In this document: positions 19,312-27,698 of the stretch, piece after piece
Position numbering within the stretch: position 1 is the stretch's first letter
How the letters are laid out: each line of letters starts with the position of its first letter
Assembly (NCBI GenBank): GCA_041586955.1
Contig: JBFGZE010000008.1
Location: forward strand, 9,882-73,881
Length of the DNA: 64,000 bases
Source of the DNA: Bacteriovoracaceae bacterium
Lineage (GTDB): Bacteria; Bdellovibrionota; Bacteriovoracia; Bacteriovoracales; Bacteriovoracaceae
Reading direction: 5' to 3'
The notes under the pieces: model-generated
What the model saw: the letters and a program-made list of their open reading frames with translations, nothing else
Databases searched by the model: none
Told to the model about the DNA's origin: nothing
Made by a program: the position numbers and the translations under genes

Positions 19312-20100
19312 ATGAATATTTTTGTTTGTGTTAAACAAGTACCAGACACAGAAACTAAAGTTATCCCCACAGGAGACGGCTCTTACATCGAAACAAGTTC
19401 AGTAAAATGGATTATGAACCCGTACGATGAATTTGCAGTAGAGCAGGCACTATTACTTAAGGCCTCTAATCCAGGATCGACCGTCACTGTAGTACGCGTT
19501 GGTGGTGTTAAAGACACAGAGGCCCTCAGAACTGCCATGGCCATGGGAGCTGATGAGGCCATACTCGTTGAGAGTATTGATAATTTAGATAGTTATATGA
19601 TTGCCAAATCAATAAAAGGTGCTATTGAGAAGTCAGGAAAAACTGCTGATCTTATTCTTGCAGGTAAGCAGGCCATCGATGATGATTGCTTACAGGTGCC
19701 ACAGCTTCTAGCTCAAATGCTAGACCTCCCCTCTGTTTCCATCGCTGTCGGGTTTGAAGCGAATGGAAATGATATTGTTGCCAAAAGAGAAATTGAAGGC
19801 GGCGCAATTGAAGTTTATAACCTTTCAACTCCCTGTCTCGTTGCTTGCAATAAAGGACTAAATACTCCTCGCTACGCTTCTCTACCAGGAATTATGAAAG
19901 CGAAGAGAAAGCCTCTCACCCAACTTTCACTTTCAGATGTCGGCGTCTCTGATGACGACAGAAGAGTTGTTTACTCAGATTTTCAATTGCCTCCTGAAAA
20001 ACCCGCAGGCAAAAAATTTGAGGCCACAGACGAGGCCAAGCAACCTGAAATTGTAAAAGAAGTTGTTCAACTTTTAAGAAATGAAGCAAAAGTAATTTAA
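19312..20100 (+). CDS. etfB: Electron transfer flavoprotein beta subunit
   Basis: VCVKQVPD, MNPYDEFAVE, GKQAIDDD and PRYASLPGIMKAK motifs. Confidence 0.97.
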   Translation: MNIFVCVKQVPDTETKVIPTGDGSYIETSSVKWIMNPYDEFAVEQALLLKASNPGSTVTVVRVGGVKDTEALRTAMAMGADEAILVESIDNLDSYMIAKSIKGAIEKSGKTADLILAGKQAIDDDCLQVPQLLAQMLDLPSVSIAVGFEANGNDIVAKREIEGGAIEVYNLSTPCLVACNKGLNTPRYASLPGIMKAKRKPLTQLSLSDVGVSDDDRRVVYSDFQLPPEKPAGKKFEATDEAKQPEIVKEVVQLLRNEAKVI

Positions 20101-20111
20101 AGGAATCTATA

Positions 20112-21071
20112 ATGGCCAATATACTCGTTTTTACAGAATCGACTAACCAACATGTAAAATCCGTGACTCTTGAAATTTTAGGTAAACTAAATGGTCAAAC
20201 TACGGACGTTATTCACATCGGAGATCTTTCAGAAGAATCTATTCAAGAGCTCGCCAAACATGGTGCTCAAAATATTCATATCCTGAAAAATGACCAATTA
20301 AACAATTACTCTCCTGAAGGGTATGCCAATGCTCTTAGCAATTTTATCAAAGCAAACTCTTATGATTATGTTTTTGGTGGTGCAACTTCAGCTGGAAAAG
20401 ATTTCTTTCCTCGATTAGCTGGAATGTTTGATGCAGGCATGGCCAGTGAAGTCGTTAACTTTCTTTTTGAAAATGATGAATTTCACGGAACACGCCCACT
20501 TTTTGCTGGGAAATGTCTCGCTAAAGTTAAAATTCAAGGGCCGAAGCCCCACTTTGTCACTGTTAGACCCAATGCCCTAGGCTTACCTGAAAGCCCGGAA
20601 GCTGGTAGCGGTAATAAGAACGAAGTAGCTGCAGATTCTGGCAGTATTCGAGCGACAATTAAAGAAATTATTAAGGGCGCATCAGAAAAGCTCGATCTAA
20701 CCGAAGCCAATATTATTGTTTCTGGTGGACGCGCTATGAAAAATGCAGAAAACTTTAAAATTTTAGAAGAACTTGCAGATGTACTTGGTGCCACAGTTGG
20801 TGCTTCTCGAGCTGCAGTTGATTCCGGCTATGCTCCCCATGCGATGCAAGTAGGCCAGACGGGTAAAACCGTTTCTCCTTCTCTTTATATTGCCTGTGGA
20901 ATTTCTGGGGCCATTCAACATCTTGCCGGTATGCGGACCTCGAAAGTTATCGTCGCCATCAATACTGATCCTGATGCCCCCATATTTACAAAAGCAGATT
21001 ACGGAATCGTTGGTGATTTATTTCAAATTGTTCCAATTCTTAAAGAAGAACTTAAGCTATTATTAAAATAA
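20112..21071 (+). CDS. etfA: Electron transfer flavoprotein alpha subunit
   Basis: [16 protein letters not shown] and [12 protein letters not shown] motifs. Confidence 0.97.
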   Translation: MANILVFTESTNQHVKSVTLEILGKLNGQTTDVIHIGDLSEESIQELAKHGAQNIHILKNDQLNNYSPEGYANALSNFIKANSYDYVFGGATSAGKDFFPRLAGMFDAGMASEVVNFLFENDEFHGTRPLFAGKCLAKVKIQGPKPHFVTVRPNALGLPESPEAGSGNKNEVAADSGSIRATIKEIIKGASEKLDLTEANIIVSGGRAMKNAENFKILEELADVLGATVGASRAAVDSGYAPHAMQVGQTGKTVSPSLYIACGISGAIQHLAGMRTSKVIVAINTDPDAPIFTKADYGIVGDLFQIVPILKEELKLLLK

Positions 21072-21084
21072 TTAGTTAAATTTC

Positions 21085-21112
21085 AAAAGGCCGTAGAAAT
21101 ACGGCCTTTTTT
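21085..21112. terminator. Bidirectional intrinsic terminator between etfA and the convergent gene
   Basis: AAAAGGCCGTA-GAAA-TACGGCCTTTTTT perfect hairpin. Confidence 0.85.
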
Positions 21113-21113
21113 C

Positions 21114-22160
21114 TTAGAACTGGTAACCGAGCTCATGGTTTTCTGGTTTTGCCCTAGATTGATCTCTCTCATCTCTCACTTCGACATCCATTTCTTTTTC
21201 TTTCTTTAATTTTTCACTTCTTTCTTCATTCTCTTTTGCTATTTCCTTTTTTTCAAGAAATACTTCATAGGCTTCTTCTGTCACAATATTAATGATCGCA
21301 TTTTGCAGCGGACCTGTGCCAAAACGAATACGAAACCCATCTTTTCCATTTGCTGTAATAATACCACTTACTATCTTATTATCGAGATTAAGGCCTGAAA
21401 AGACTCCTCCATCTTTAATCTCCCCTTCAAGAGACAAGGCCTGTGTTTCTTTTTTAGATCCTAAATGAAGAACTATTTCTTGAATATAAATCTCACCATT
21501 TTGTATAACAACCTTACCTTCAAGTTTATCTGATCCAACGATATCCCTTGATCGCAAGGTGTCTAAAGCATTTATAATATAATATTCGCCATCATTAAGG
21601 TTAGGAACACCTTTAATTTTATTATTATCCTTATTATTCTGAGAATCTGATTGAACAGCGAGTTTTTCTTCTTCAAGGTTTCTTTTAATAACCCGCCTTG
21701 CTTCAATTCTTTCATATCCACCGTTAAACTCTTTAACTAAGGCAATCGTTGTTTCTGATAAAAAGAAAACTTGGTAAAGCTGGTCTTCGTCACCATCAAT
21801 TCTTACATAATCTTCCTCATTTATCATTGTATGTTGAAAGTCGACAATTATTTCAGATAATTGGTCTTCTTCATTATTGTATTTGTCAAAGTGAACCTCG
21901 GAGTTTTCATCGAGAATACGCATAATTTCCCAAGTACCATTAACGTGACTTGGATCTGTAATTTTTAAAACTTTAATTTTTGGCCGACTTGAAGCAATGA
22001 CTCTTGGGGCGGATTCCTCTAGCTCATATCCAAGTATTGATTCTTCACTAAAATCCTGATCCCGATAGAAGTTACTCCCGCCAAATTGGGCCGCAAAGGT
22101 CACAATGGAAAATAAACTTCCAATAATAACAATGCGTTTTTTATTCAGTTGCCCAAACAT
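21114..22160 (-). CDS. Hypothetical exported or membrane-anchored acidic protein
   Basis: N-terminal basic then hydrophobic segment; RBS AAGGAG; no family recognised. Confidence 0.7.
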   Translation of the reverse strand: MFGQLNKKRIVIIGSLFSIVTFAAQFGGSNFYRDQDFSEESILGYELEESAPRVIASSRPKIKVLKITDPSHVNGTWEIMRILDENSEVHFDKYNNEEDQLSEIIVDFQHTMINEEDYVRIDGDEDQLYQVFFLSETTIALVKEFNGGYERIEARRVIKRNLEEEKLAVQSDSQNNKDNNKIKGVPNLNDGEYYIINALDTLRSRDIVGSDKLEGKVVIQNGEIYIQEIVLHLGSKKETQALSLEGEIKDGGVFSGLNLDNKIVSGIITANGKDGFRIRFGTGPLQNAIINIVTEEAYEVFLEKKEIAKENEERSEKLKKEKEMDVEVRDERDQSRAKPENHELGYQF

Positions 22161-22192
22161 AGCTTTAACTCCTTATACGATACCTAAGTATG

Positions 22193-22208
22193 TGCAAGGA
22201 GCATGCCA
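22193..22208 (-). promoter_or_regulatory. Sigma54 (-24/-12) promoter
   Basis: Minus strand reads TGGCATGCTCCTTGCA (GG-N10-GC), about 33 nt upstream of the ATG at 22160. Confidence 0.8.
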
Positions 22209-22255
22209 CGGTGAGATATGGTTAAATTTTAATCAAACTTAGACGAAAAAGCCTA

Positions 22256-22268
22256 CAATTTATTGATT
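22256..22268 (-). promoter_or_regulatory. IHF-binding site
   Basis: Minus strand AATCAATAAATTG matches WATCAA-N4-TTR, upstream of the sigma54 promoter. Confidence 0.5.
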
Positions 22269-22354
22269 TTGCGTCCATATAGAAATGAAAGAGGAAAACT
22301 CTTTAAAAAGATGGATGTTTAAACTTTAGGCAGTTTTTCAAAATATGCGCAAAT

Positions 22355-22546
22355 TTAATCGAGATGCGGACTTTTGCCTTCGTAATCAGCGTGACTCGCG
22401 CGGAAGCGCTTAAGAGCAATAACAACAAGCTCGTCTAACGTAATGCCTGTATGCTTGGCCATTTTCTCCATGCTTTCTACAACTTCTTTTTCGAGATTAA
22501 CGTTGAGCTCTTTGAGTTCACCTTGATTATGAGATTGTGTTTTCAC
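22355..22546 (-). CDS. Small ribbon-helix-helix (CopG-like) protein
   Basis: ELNVNLEKEVVESMEKMAKHTGITLDELVVIALKRF pattern; GTG start with RBS GAGGA. Confidence 0.65.
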   Translation of the reverse strand: MKTQSHNQGELKELNVNLEKEVVESMEKMAKHTGITLDELVVIALKRFRASHADYEGKSPHLD

Positions 22547-22567
22547 CTATTCTTCCTCATTTCAAAA

Positions 22568-23107
22568 TTATTCTTTTGCACTATTATTATAACTTTTTAT
22601 AGCAATACAACCATCTTTTTTTAATTTAAATAAGTTTTCAATAATTTCCATTTCGAAAAAGCCTGATGCTGATACAAGCTGTGAGAGCGTCATTGGACCA
22701 ACTAATAAATTCAAAAGATTAGACTCTATAAACGAGCTTTTAACTTTACCCTGTTTGCGATAAAATAAAAGTTCTTTAGAGGGTAGATATTTCTGCAACT
22801 TTTGTAGGCGCTTAAGAATCGACTCTACCTCTCCCTTAATCATCTTTATAGACAAATTAAAATCCGCAGTAGCGACAGTCAATTCTGGTTCCGAAATAAA
22901 GCTATAGAGGTGGGGATTTTTCAAAGTGTCGAGAAGGAATAGATAAAATAGTTTTTCCCCTCGTCTTTCACGGTATTCAAACTGAATAATTTCTGCACGA
23001 GAAAGCCAAATAACACCAAGGTGCCTTTGACTTTCTTTATCATGAATATTAATTTTGCCGACAAATCCTTTTGCGGACTTCTCTTCAAGAATAGAGATCA
23101 GTTTCAT
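22568..23107 (-). CDS. Hypothetical protein (DUF4388/PATAN-like N-terminus, possible winged-helix C-terminus)
   Basis: FVGKINI...GVIWLSRAEIIQ pattern; C-terminal MTLSQLV...LFKLKKDGCI; overlaps the mrp stop. Confidence 0.5.
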   Translation of the reverse strand: MKLISILEEKSAKGFVGKINIHDKESQRHLGVIWLSRAEIIQFEYRERRGEKLFYLFLLDTLKNPHLYSFISEPELTVATADFNLSIKMIKGEVESILKRLQKLQKYLPSKELLFYRKQGKVKSSFIESNLLNLLVGPMTLSQLVSASGFFEMEIIENLFKLKKDGCIAIKSYNNSAKE

Positions 23108-24237
23108 TTATTAAAAAGTTTACTAAAAAATCCCTTTTTTTCACTAGTTTTATTAAAGTATTTTTCCACCGAATAGGCCAAATCAAGATATGACTTCCAT
23201 ATTGAATGGCCTTCATAAATATTCTGAGACATATAAGGTGTCCCTAAATCCGAACAGCTTCTTAGGTCAATATCAATAGGTAATTGACCTATAAAAGGTA
23301 CTTCTAAATCTTGGCAGACTTCTTTAGTCCGGCTTTCTCCAAATATGTAGTATTTCTTTTCAGATTCTTCTGTCACGAAATAACTCATATTCTCCACCAT
23401 TCCCATGGTCGGAATTTTAACCTTGGTAAACATATTAATGCCTTTAATAGTATCTTTAAGGGCCAAATTTTGAGGAGTTGTAACAATAAGGGCAGCATCA
23501 ATCTCTGTTAATTGAGTCATGGATAATTGCACATCACCCGTTCCCGGAGGGAGGTCTAATATCAGATAGTCCAATTCTCCCCAATCAACATCAAAAAAGA
23601 ATTGATTGAGAACTCCTCCCAACATAGGACCACGCCAAATAACGGCATCCCCTTCAGGTATGAAAAACCCAAAGCTCATAAATTTAACTCCGTCTTTCTC
23701 AACAGGAAGGATTTTCTTCGATTCGCTCGCAATTGGCTTGGCATCAGTCTTACCAATCAGGGTCGGGACACTTGGACCATAAATATCCGCATCCAATACC
23801 CCCACCTTATTGCCGGCCTTGGTCAGAGCATAGGCCAAATTAACTGCGACGGTGCTTTTACCGACTCCACCTTTACAAGAACTCACCGCTAGGACTTTCC
23901 CAACACCTGGAATTCTTTTCTTATTTGCCCCTACAGGGCCATGACCGGCCTGTAGATTGGCCTTACTCTCAGGTTTTTGCTTCTCTTGGGTGACCTCAGG
24001 CCGATCCGTCGAAACCGTTTTAAGGGTAATCTCATCAAAGCCTGCTGCCGCTAGTTTTGTGCGAAGCTCACCCTCAAGTGCTCTCTTTTGCTGGGGATCA
24101 ATTCCATCGCGTCTATATTCAATAATAAGCTCTGAGTCCTGGCCATTTATCGACACTAGACGCGACTCGTCAAAAAGACTCTTACTAGTATTGGGATTAG
24201 TTACTTCTTTAAATACAGCTTCTACTTTTGATTGCAT
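23104..24237 (-). CDS. mrp: Mrp/ApbC/NBP35 Fe-S cluster carrier ATPase (start reassigned to 24237 behind GGAGGA)
   Basis: SCKGGVGKSTV, DADIYGPS, WRGPM, DLPPGTGD and VENMSYF motifs. Confidence 0.93.
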   Translation of the reverse strand: MQSKVEAVFKEVTNPNTSKSLFDESRLVSINGQDSELIIEYRRDGIDPQQKRALEGELRTKLAAAGFDEITLKTVSTDRPEVTQEKQKPESKANLQAGHGPVGANKKRIPGVGKVLAVSSCKGGVGKSTVAVNLAYALTKAGNKVGVLDADIYGPSVPTLIGKTDAKPIASESKKILPVEKDGVKFMSFGFFIPEGDAVIWRGPMLGGVLNQFFFDVDWGELDYLILDLPPGTGDVQLSMTQLTEIDAALIVTTPQNLALKDTIKGINMFTKVKIPTMGMVENMSYFVTEESEKKYYIFGESRTKEVCQDLEVPFIGQLPIDIDLRSCSDLGTPYMSQNIYEGHSIWKSYLDLAYSVEKYFNKTSEKKGFFSKLFNK

Positions 24238-24357
24238 GGATCCTCCGGACATATATGTTACATTTATCAAACTTTGAATAAAAACGTCGAGAAATTGTTT
24301 CTTCTAGGCAAAAAAGATTCTTATTACTGAAATGAAGAGATCGATTATAATAAAACT

Positions 24358-24897
24358 ATGAAAGAAAAAGACTATAAAAGACGAATCATTTTAATCGACA
24401 AACCCTTTCAAATTAAAATTTCACTTTTAAGTGTTATTTTTGTGCTCGTGACAACCCTGCCCTATATGCTCAGTATTAAGGAATTAATATTCTTTACTGC
24501 AAAGATACTACAGCCAAACTCTATTGAAGCTCTAGCGGAAATGAAAAATTCCATTATCGTGCTTCTAGCTTCTTGGCAGATAATGACATGTGGCCTTGTA
24601 TTTCTTTTCTTTATCTTTCTCACCCATAAAATTGCAGGCCCAATATATAAAATTAAAAAGGAACTACAAACTTTTAGAAAAACTCATATCTATACCCCGA
24701 TCATTTTAAGAAAGGGCGATTATTTTAGTGAACTAAGTGAAATCCTAAATGGACTTCTCTCACAGGGAACATTGACCGAGCGTATCCATCAGGAACAAAA
24801 GGATCTTTTAATGAAAGAGCTTAATGATCTAGAGAACCTTGATGATATTAATGCAATCAAAGAAAGGATCAATCAGATAAAAAAGAACCTGGATTAA
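24358..24897 (+). CDS. Two-TM protein with a HAMP-like domain and coiled-coil tail
   Basis: Two TMs followed by THKIAGPIYKI...LRKGDYFSEL. Confidence 0.65.
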   Translation: MKEKDYKRRIILIDKPFQIKISLLSVIFVLVTTLPYMLSIKELIFFTAKILQPNSIEALAEMKNSIIVLLASWQIMTCGLVFLFFIFLTHKIAGPIYKIKKELQTFRKTHIYTPIILRKGDYFSELSEILNGLLSQGTLTERIHQEQKDLLMKELNDLENLDDINAIKERINQIKKNLD

Positions 24898-26003
24898 ACA
24901 TTAAACCTAAAATGGATGACATCCCCATCTTGAACAAGATACTCTTTACCTTCAATCCTTAACTTTCCTTCCTCTTTAACCTTTTGCTCAGACCCGAGCT
25001 TAAAAATATCCTCACAATGGAAAATTTCGGCCTTAATAAACCCTCTTTCAAAATCAGTATGGATAACGCCAGCTGCTTCAGGCGCTTTGGCCCCATCTCT
25101 AAATGTCCAAGCACGAACTTCTTGCTTACCGGCGGTAAAATAAGTACGAAACCCTAACATATCATAGGCCATGACTGTTAATTCCTCTAGCCCCGACTTT
25201 TCAATACCTGCCGCCTCCATAAATTCTTTTTTGTCTTCTTCATCATCTAGAGAAGCTATTTCAGATTCCAATTTACCACATAATTTTAATGTCAAGGAGC
25301 CATCTTTTTCAGCAAATTCTTTTACATATCTAACAAGATCATTATCTTCTAACATTCCCTCTTCATCGACATTACAAAGATAAAGAACCTTTTTAAGAGT
25401 GATTAGGTTGAGATCTTCAATAAGTGCAAGCTCCTCTTTATTTAAATCTGCAGTTTTTGCAGATTCACCTTCTTCTAAAATCACTTTTAAATTTTCGAGT
25501 ACTGGCTTCAAGGCCTTTGCTTTATTTGAAATTTCTTTATTTTGGCTTTTCATTTGTTTTGGAAGATTCGTCAGCTTTTTATCCACGACTTCCAGATCTG
25601 CTAAGGCCAATTCCATATTGATAATACTAATGTCTTCGACAGGATTCACAGCTCCGTTAACGTGCACTACTTCTGTGTCTTCAAAGCAACGTACAACGTG
25701 AATGATTGCATCGACCTGGCGAATATGCCCTAAAAATTGGTTCCCAAGACCTTCCCCTTTAGAAGCCCCTTTAACAAGACCCGCAATATCTACAAACTCA
25801 ACACTTGCAGGAATTGTCTTATGCGGATCCATTAATTCCGTTAGTTTTTTAAGTCGATTATCTTTAACATCGACAATTCCCACATTGGGCTCGATTGTAC
25901 AAAAGGGGTAATTTGCAGCTTCTGCTGGTGCCGCCGTCACGGCCTTAAAGATAGTTGATTTTCCAACATTAGGTAGTCCTACAATTCCACAATTTAAACT
26001 CAT
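24894..26003 (-). CDS. ychF: Redox-regulated ATPase YchF
   Basis: GLPNVGKST, ANYPFCTIEPN and DIAGLVKGASKGEGLGN motifs. Confidence 0.98.
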   Translation of the reverse strand: MSLNCGIVGLPNVGKSTIFKAVTAAPAEAANYPFCTIEPNVGIVDVKDNRLKKLTELMDPHKTIPASVEFVDIAGLVKGASKGEGLGNQFLGHIRQVDAIIHVVRCFEDTEVVHVNGAVNPVEDISIINMELALADLEVVDKKLTNLPKQMKSQNKEISNKAKALKPVLENLKVILEEGESAKTADLNKEELALIEDLNLITLKKVLYLCNVDEEGMLEDNDLVRYVKEFAEKDGSLTLKLCGKLESEIASLDDEEDKKEFMEAAGIEKSGLEELTVMAYDMLGFRTYFTAGKQEVRAWTFRDGAKAPEAAGVIHTDFERGFIKAEIFHCEDIFKLGSEQKVKEEGKLRIEGKEYLVQDGDVIHFRFNV

Positions 26004-26011
26004 ATTATCCT

Positions 26012-26584
26012 CTAAATTAGTTTCTTTTTACTATATTTTTGCGCGGCTTTGGAAAAACCATTATCGATATATTCCTTAAGGGCCTGGCCTGCTTTATCCA
26101 TATATGTTTCAAAGACACATTGCTCATCATTTGAAAACTTCCCTAACACGTACGAGGAAACATTTCCATGGGTGGGCCTACCAATTCCTAGTCTCATGCG
26201 AAGAAACTCTTGAGTGCCGCATTCTTCCTTAATGGATTTTAGACCATTATGACCAGCTAATCCACCGCCCCGTTTGAAAGTAATAACGCCATAGTCAAGA
26301 TCTAGTTCATCATGAATCACAATAACCTTATCAATTGGTATTTTATAAAAGTTTAAACAAAGCGCAACGCTTCTACCACTTAAGTTCATAAAAGTATTAG
26401 GCGTTAAAAAATAGAATGTTTTGCCATCACTACGATAATTACTCAATAAACCTTTATATTTTTCTACCCAGCGCAAATTAAATCCGCCCTCGACGCGACC
26501 CAGTAACTGCCAAGCAATATTATGCCTTGTTTGAGAATATTCGCTACCGGGGTTTCCAAGCCCAACAATTAAATAATTTGACAT
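26012..26584 (-). CDS. pth: Peptidyl-tRNA hydrolase
   Basis: GLGNPG...TRHN, FMNLSG, HDELD and GHNGLKSI motifs. Confidence 0.97.
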   Translation of the reverse strand: MSNYLIVGLGNPGSEYSQTRHNIAWQLLGRVEGGFNLRWVEKYKGLLSNYRSDGKTFYFLTPNTFMNLSGRSVALCLNFYKIPIDKVIVIHDELDLDYGVITFKRGGGLAGHNGLKSIKEECGTQEFLRMRLGIGRPTHGNVSSYVLGKFSNDEQCVFETYMDKAGQALKEYIDNGFSKAAQKYSKKKLI

Positions 26585-26592
26585 GTTTTACC

Positions 26593-27537
26593 TTATAAAA
26601 ATAACGAACTCACGGAGTCGTTATTGAAGGTACGATGAATGGCCTTCGCTAATATTTCCGCTGTTGATAATACTTTAATTTTTGAAGACTCATCGTCAGA
26701 TAAATTTAAATGAATAGTGTCAGTTACAATGACTTGATCCAATTCCTTCGCTTTTTGTATCCTTTCTAATGCAGGATGAGAAAAGATTGGGTGAGTGGCG
26801 CAAGCAATCACCGATTTTGCTCCATTATCTTTAAGGGCCTTACATGCTTCAATTAGAGTTCCTGCCGTATCAATCATATCATCGACTATGATACAATCCT
26901 TTCCGTTCACGTCACCTACCACATTCATCGCCTTGGCAACATTTTTTCCTGTTCTTCTTTTGTCGATCATTGCGATATCTGTTTTTAATTTTTTAGCATA
27001 ATGCCTTACTCTTTCGACACCACCTGCATCAGGAGAAACAAAAATAGTATTTTCAGTCATCACTTTTTCTTGAAGGTATTCAATCAAAACTGGTGATGCG
27101 AAAATATTATCAAAAGGTATATTAAAAAAGCCCTGGATTTGACCCGTATGGAGATCCATAGTGATCACACGAGTTGCCCCTGCACCTGTTAATAGGTCGG
27201 CAACCAGCTTTGCTGATATTGGAGTACGTGGTGAAACTTTACGATCTTGGCGAGCGTAGCCATAATGAGGAATGACGGCAGTAATTGAAGCAGCGGATGC
27301 CCTTTTTAAAGCATCGAACATAATAAGCATTTCCATCAAATGGTCATTAACTGGGGCAGACATAGATTGCAGAACAAAAACATCTGCACCACGAACATTT
27401 TTTTCAATCTCACAAAAAATCTCGCCATTTGCAAAACGAACGAGTTGCGGGTCGACTAATTGAATTTCTAATTGTTCAGAGATCTTACTTGCGAGAGGGA
27501 GATTAGATGAACCTGATACTAAGACAATACGTTTCAT
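26593..27537 (-). CDS. prs: Ribose-phosphate pyrophosphokinase
   Basis: YGYARQDRK, DLHTGQIQGFF, VSPDAGG and DDMIDTAGT motifs. Confidence 0.98.
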   Translation of the reverse strand: MKRIVLVSGSSNLPLASKISEQLEIQLVDPQLVRFANGEIFCEIEKNVRGADVFVLQSMSAPVNDHLMEMLIMFDALKRASAASITAVIPHYGYARQDRKVSPRTPISAKLVADLLTGAGATRVITMDLHTGQIQGFFNIPFDNIFASPVLIEYLQEKVMTENTIFVSPDAGGVERVRHYAKKLKTDIAMIDKRRTGKNVAKAMNVVGDVNGKDCIIVDDMIDTAGTLIEACKALKDNGAKSVIACATHPIFSHPALERIQKAKELDQVIVTDTIHLNLSDDESSKIKVLSTAEILAKAIHRTFNNDSVSSLFL

Positions 27538-27566
27538 TTAACGTTCTCAGATGAAAAAGTTACGAA

Positions 27567-27642
27567 TGGCTGGGGTAGCAGGACTCGAACCTGCGCATGA
27601 CAGAATCAAAATCTGTTGACTTACCAACTTGTCGATACCCCA
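27567..27642 (-). tRNA. tRNA-Gln (anticodon TTG), CCA encoded
   Basis: Acceptor stem TGGGGTA/TACCCCA, anticodon arm ACAGA-TTTTGAT-TCTGT, T-loop GGTTCGAGTCC, 3' GCCA; canonical position upstream of prs. Confidence 0.96.
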
Positions 27643-27656
27643 ACACTCGAATTTTG

Positions 27657-27685
27657 AATATAGCCAACGTTTTGTGAGTTCGCAA
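27657..27685 (-). promoter_or_regulatory. Sigma70 promoter for tRNA-Gln-prs-pth-ychF
   Basis: TTGCGA-N17-TATATT on the minus strand. Confidence 0.65.
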
Positions 27686-27698
27686 GTGCTTTTTTAAA

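Noticed and set aside
22355..23107. Toxin-antitoxin pair (RHH antitoxin plus neighbour)
   Set aside because: The neighbour shows no PIN, RelE or other toxin motif.
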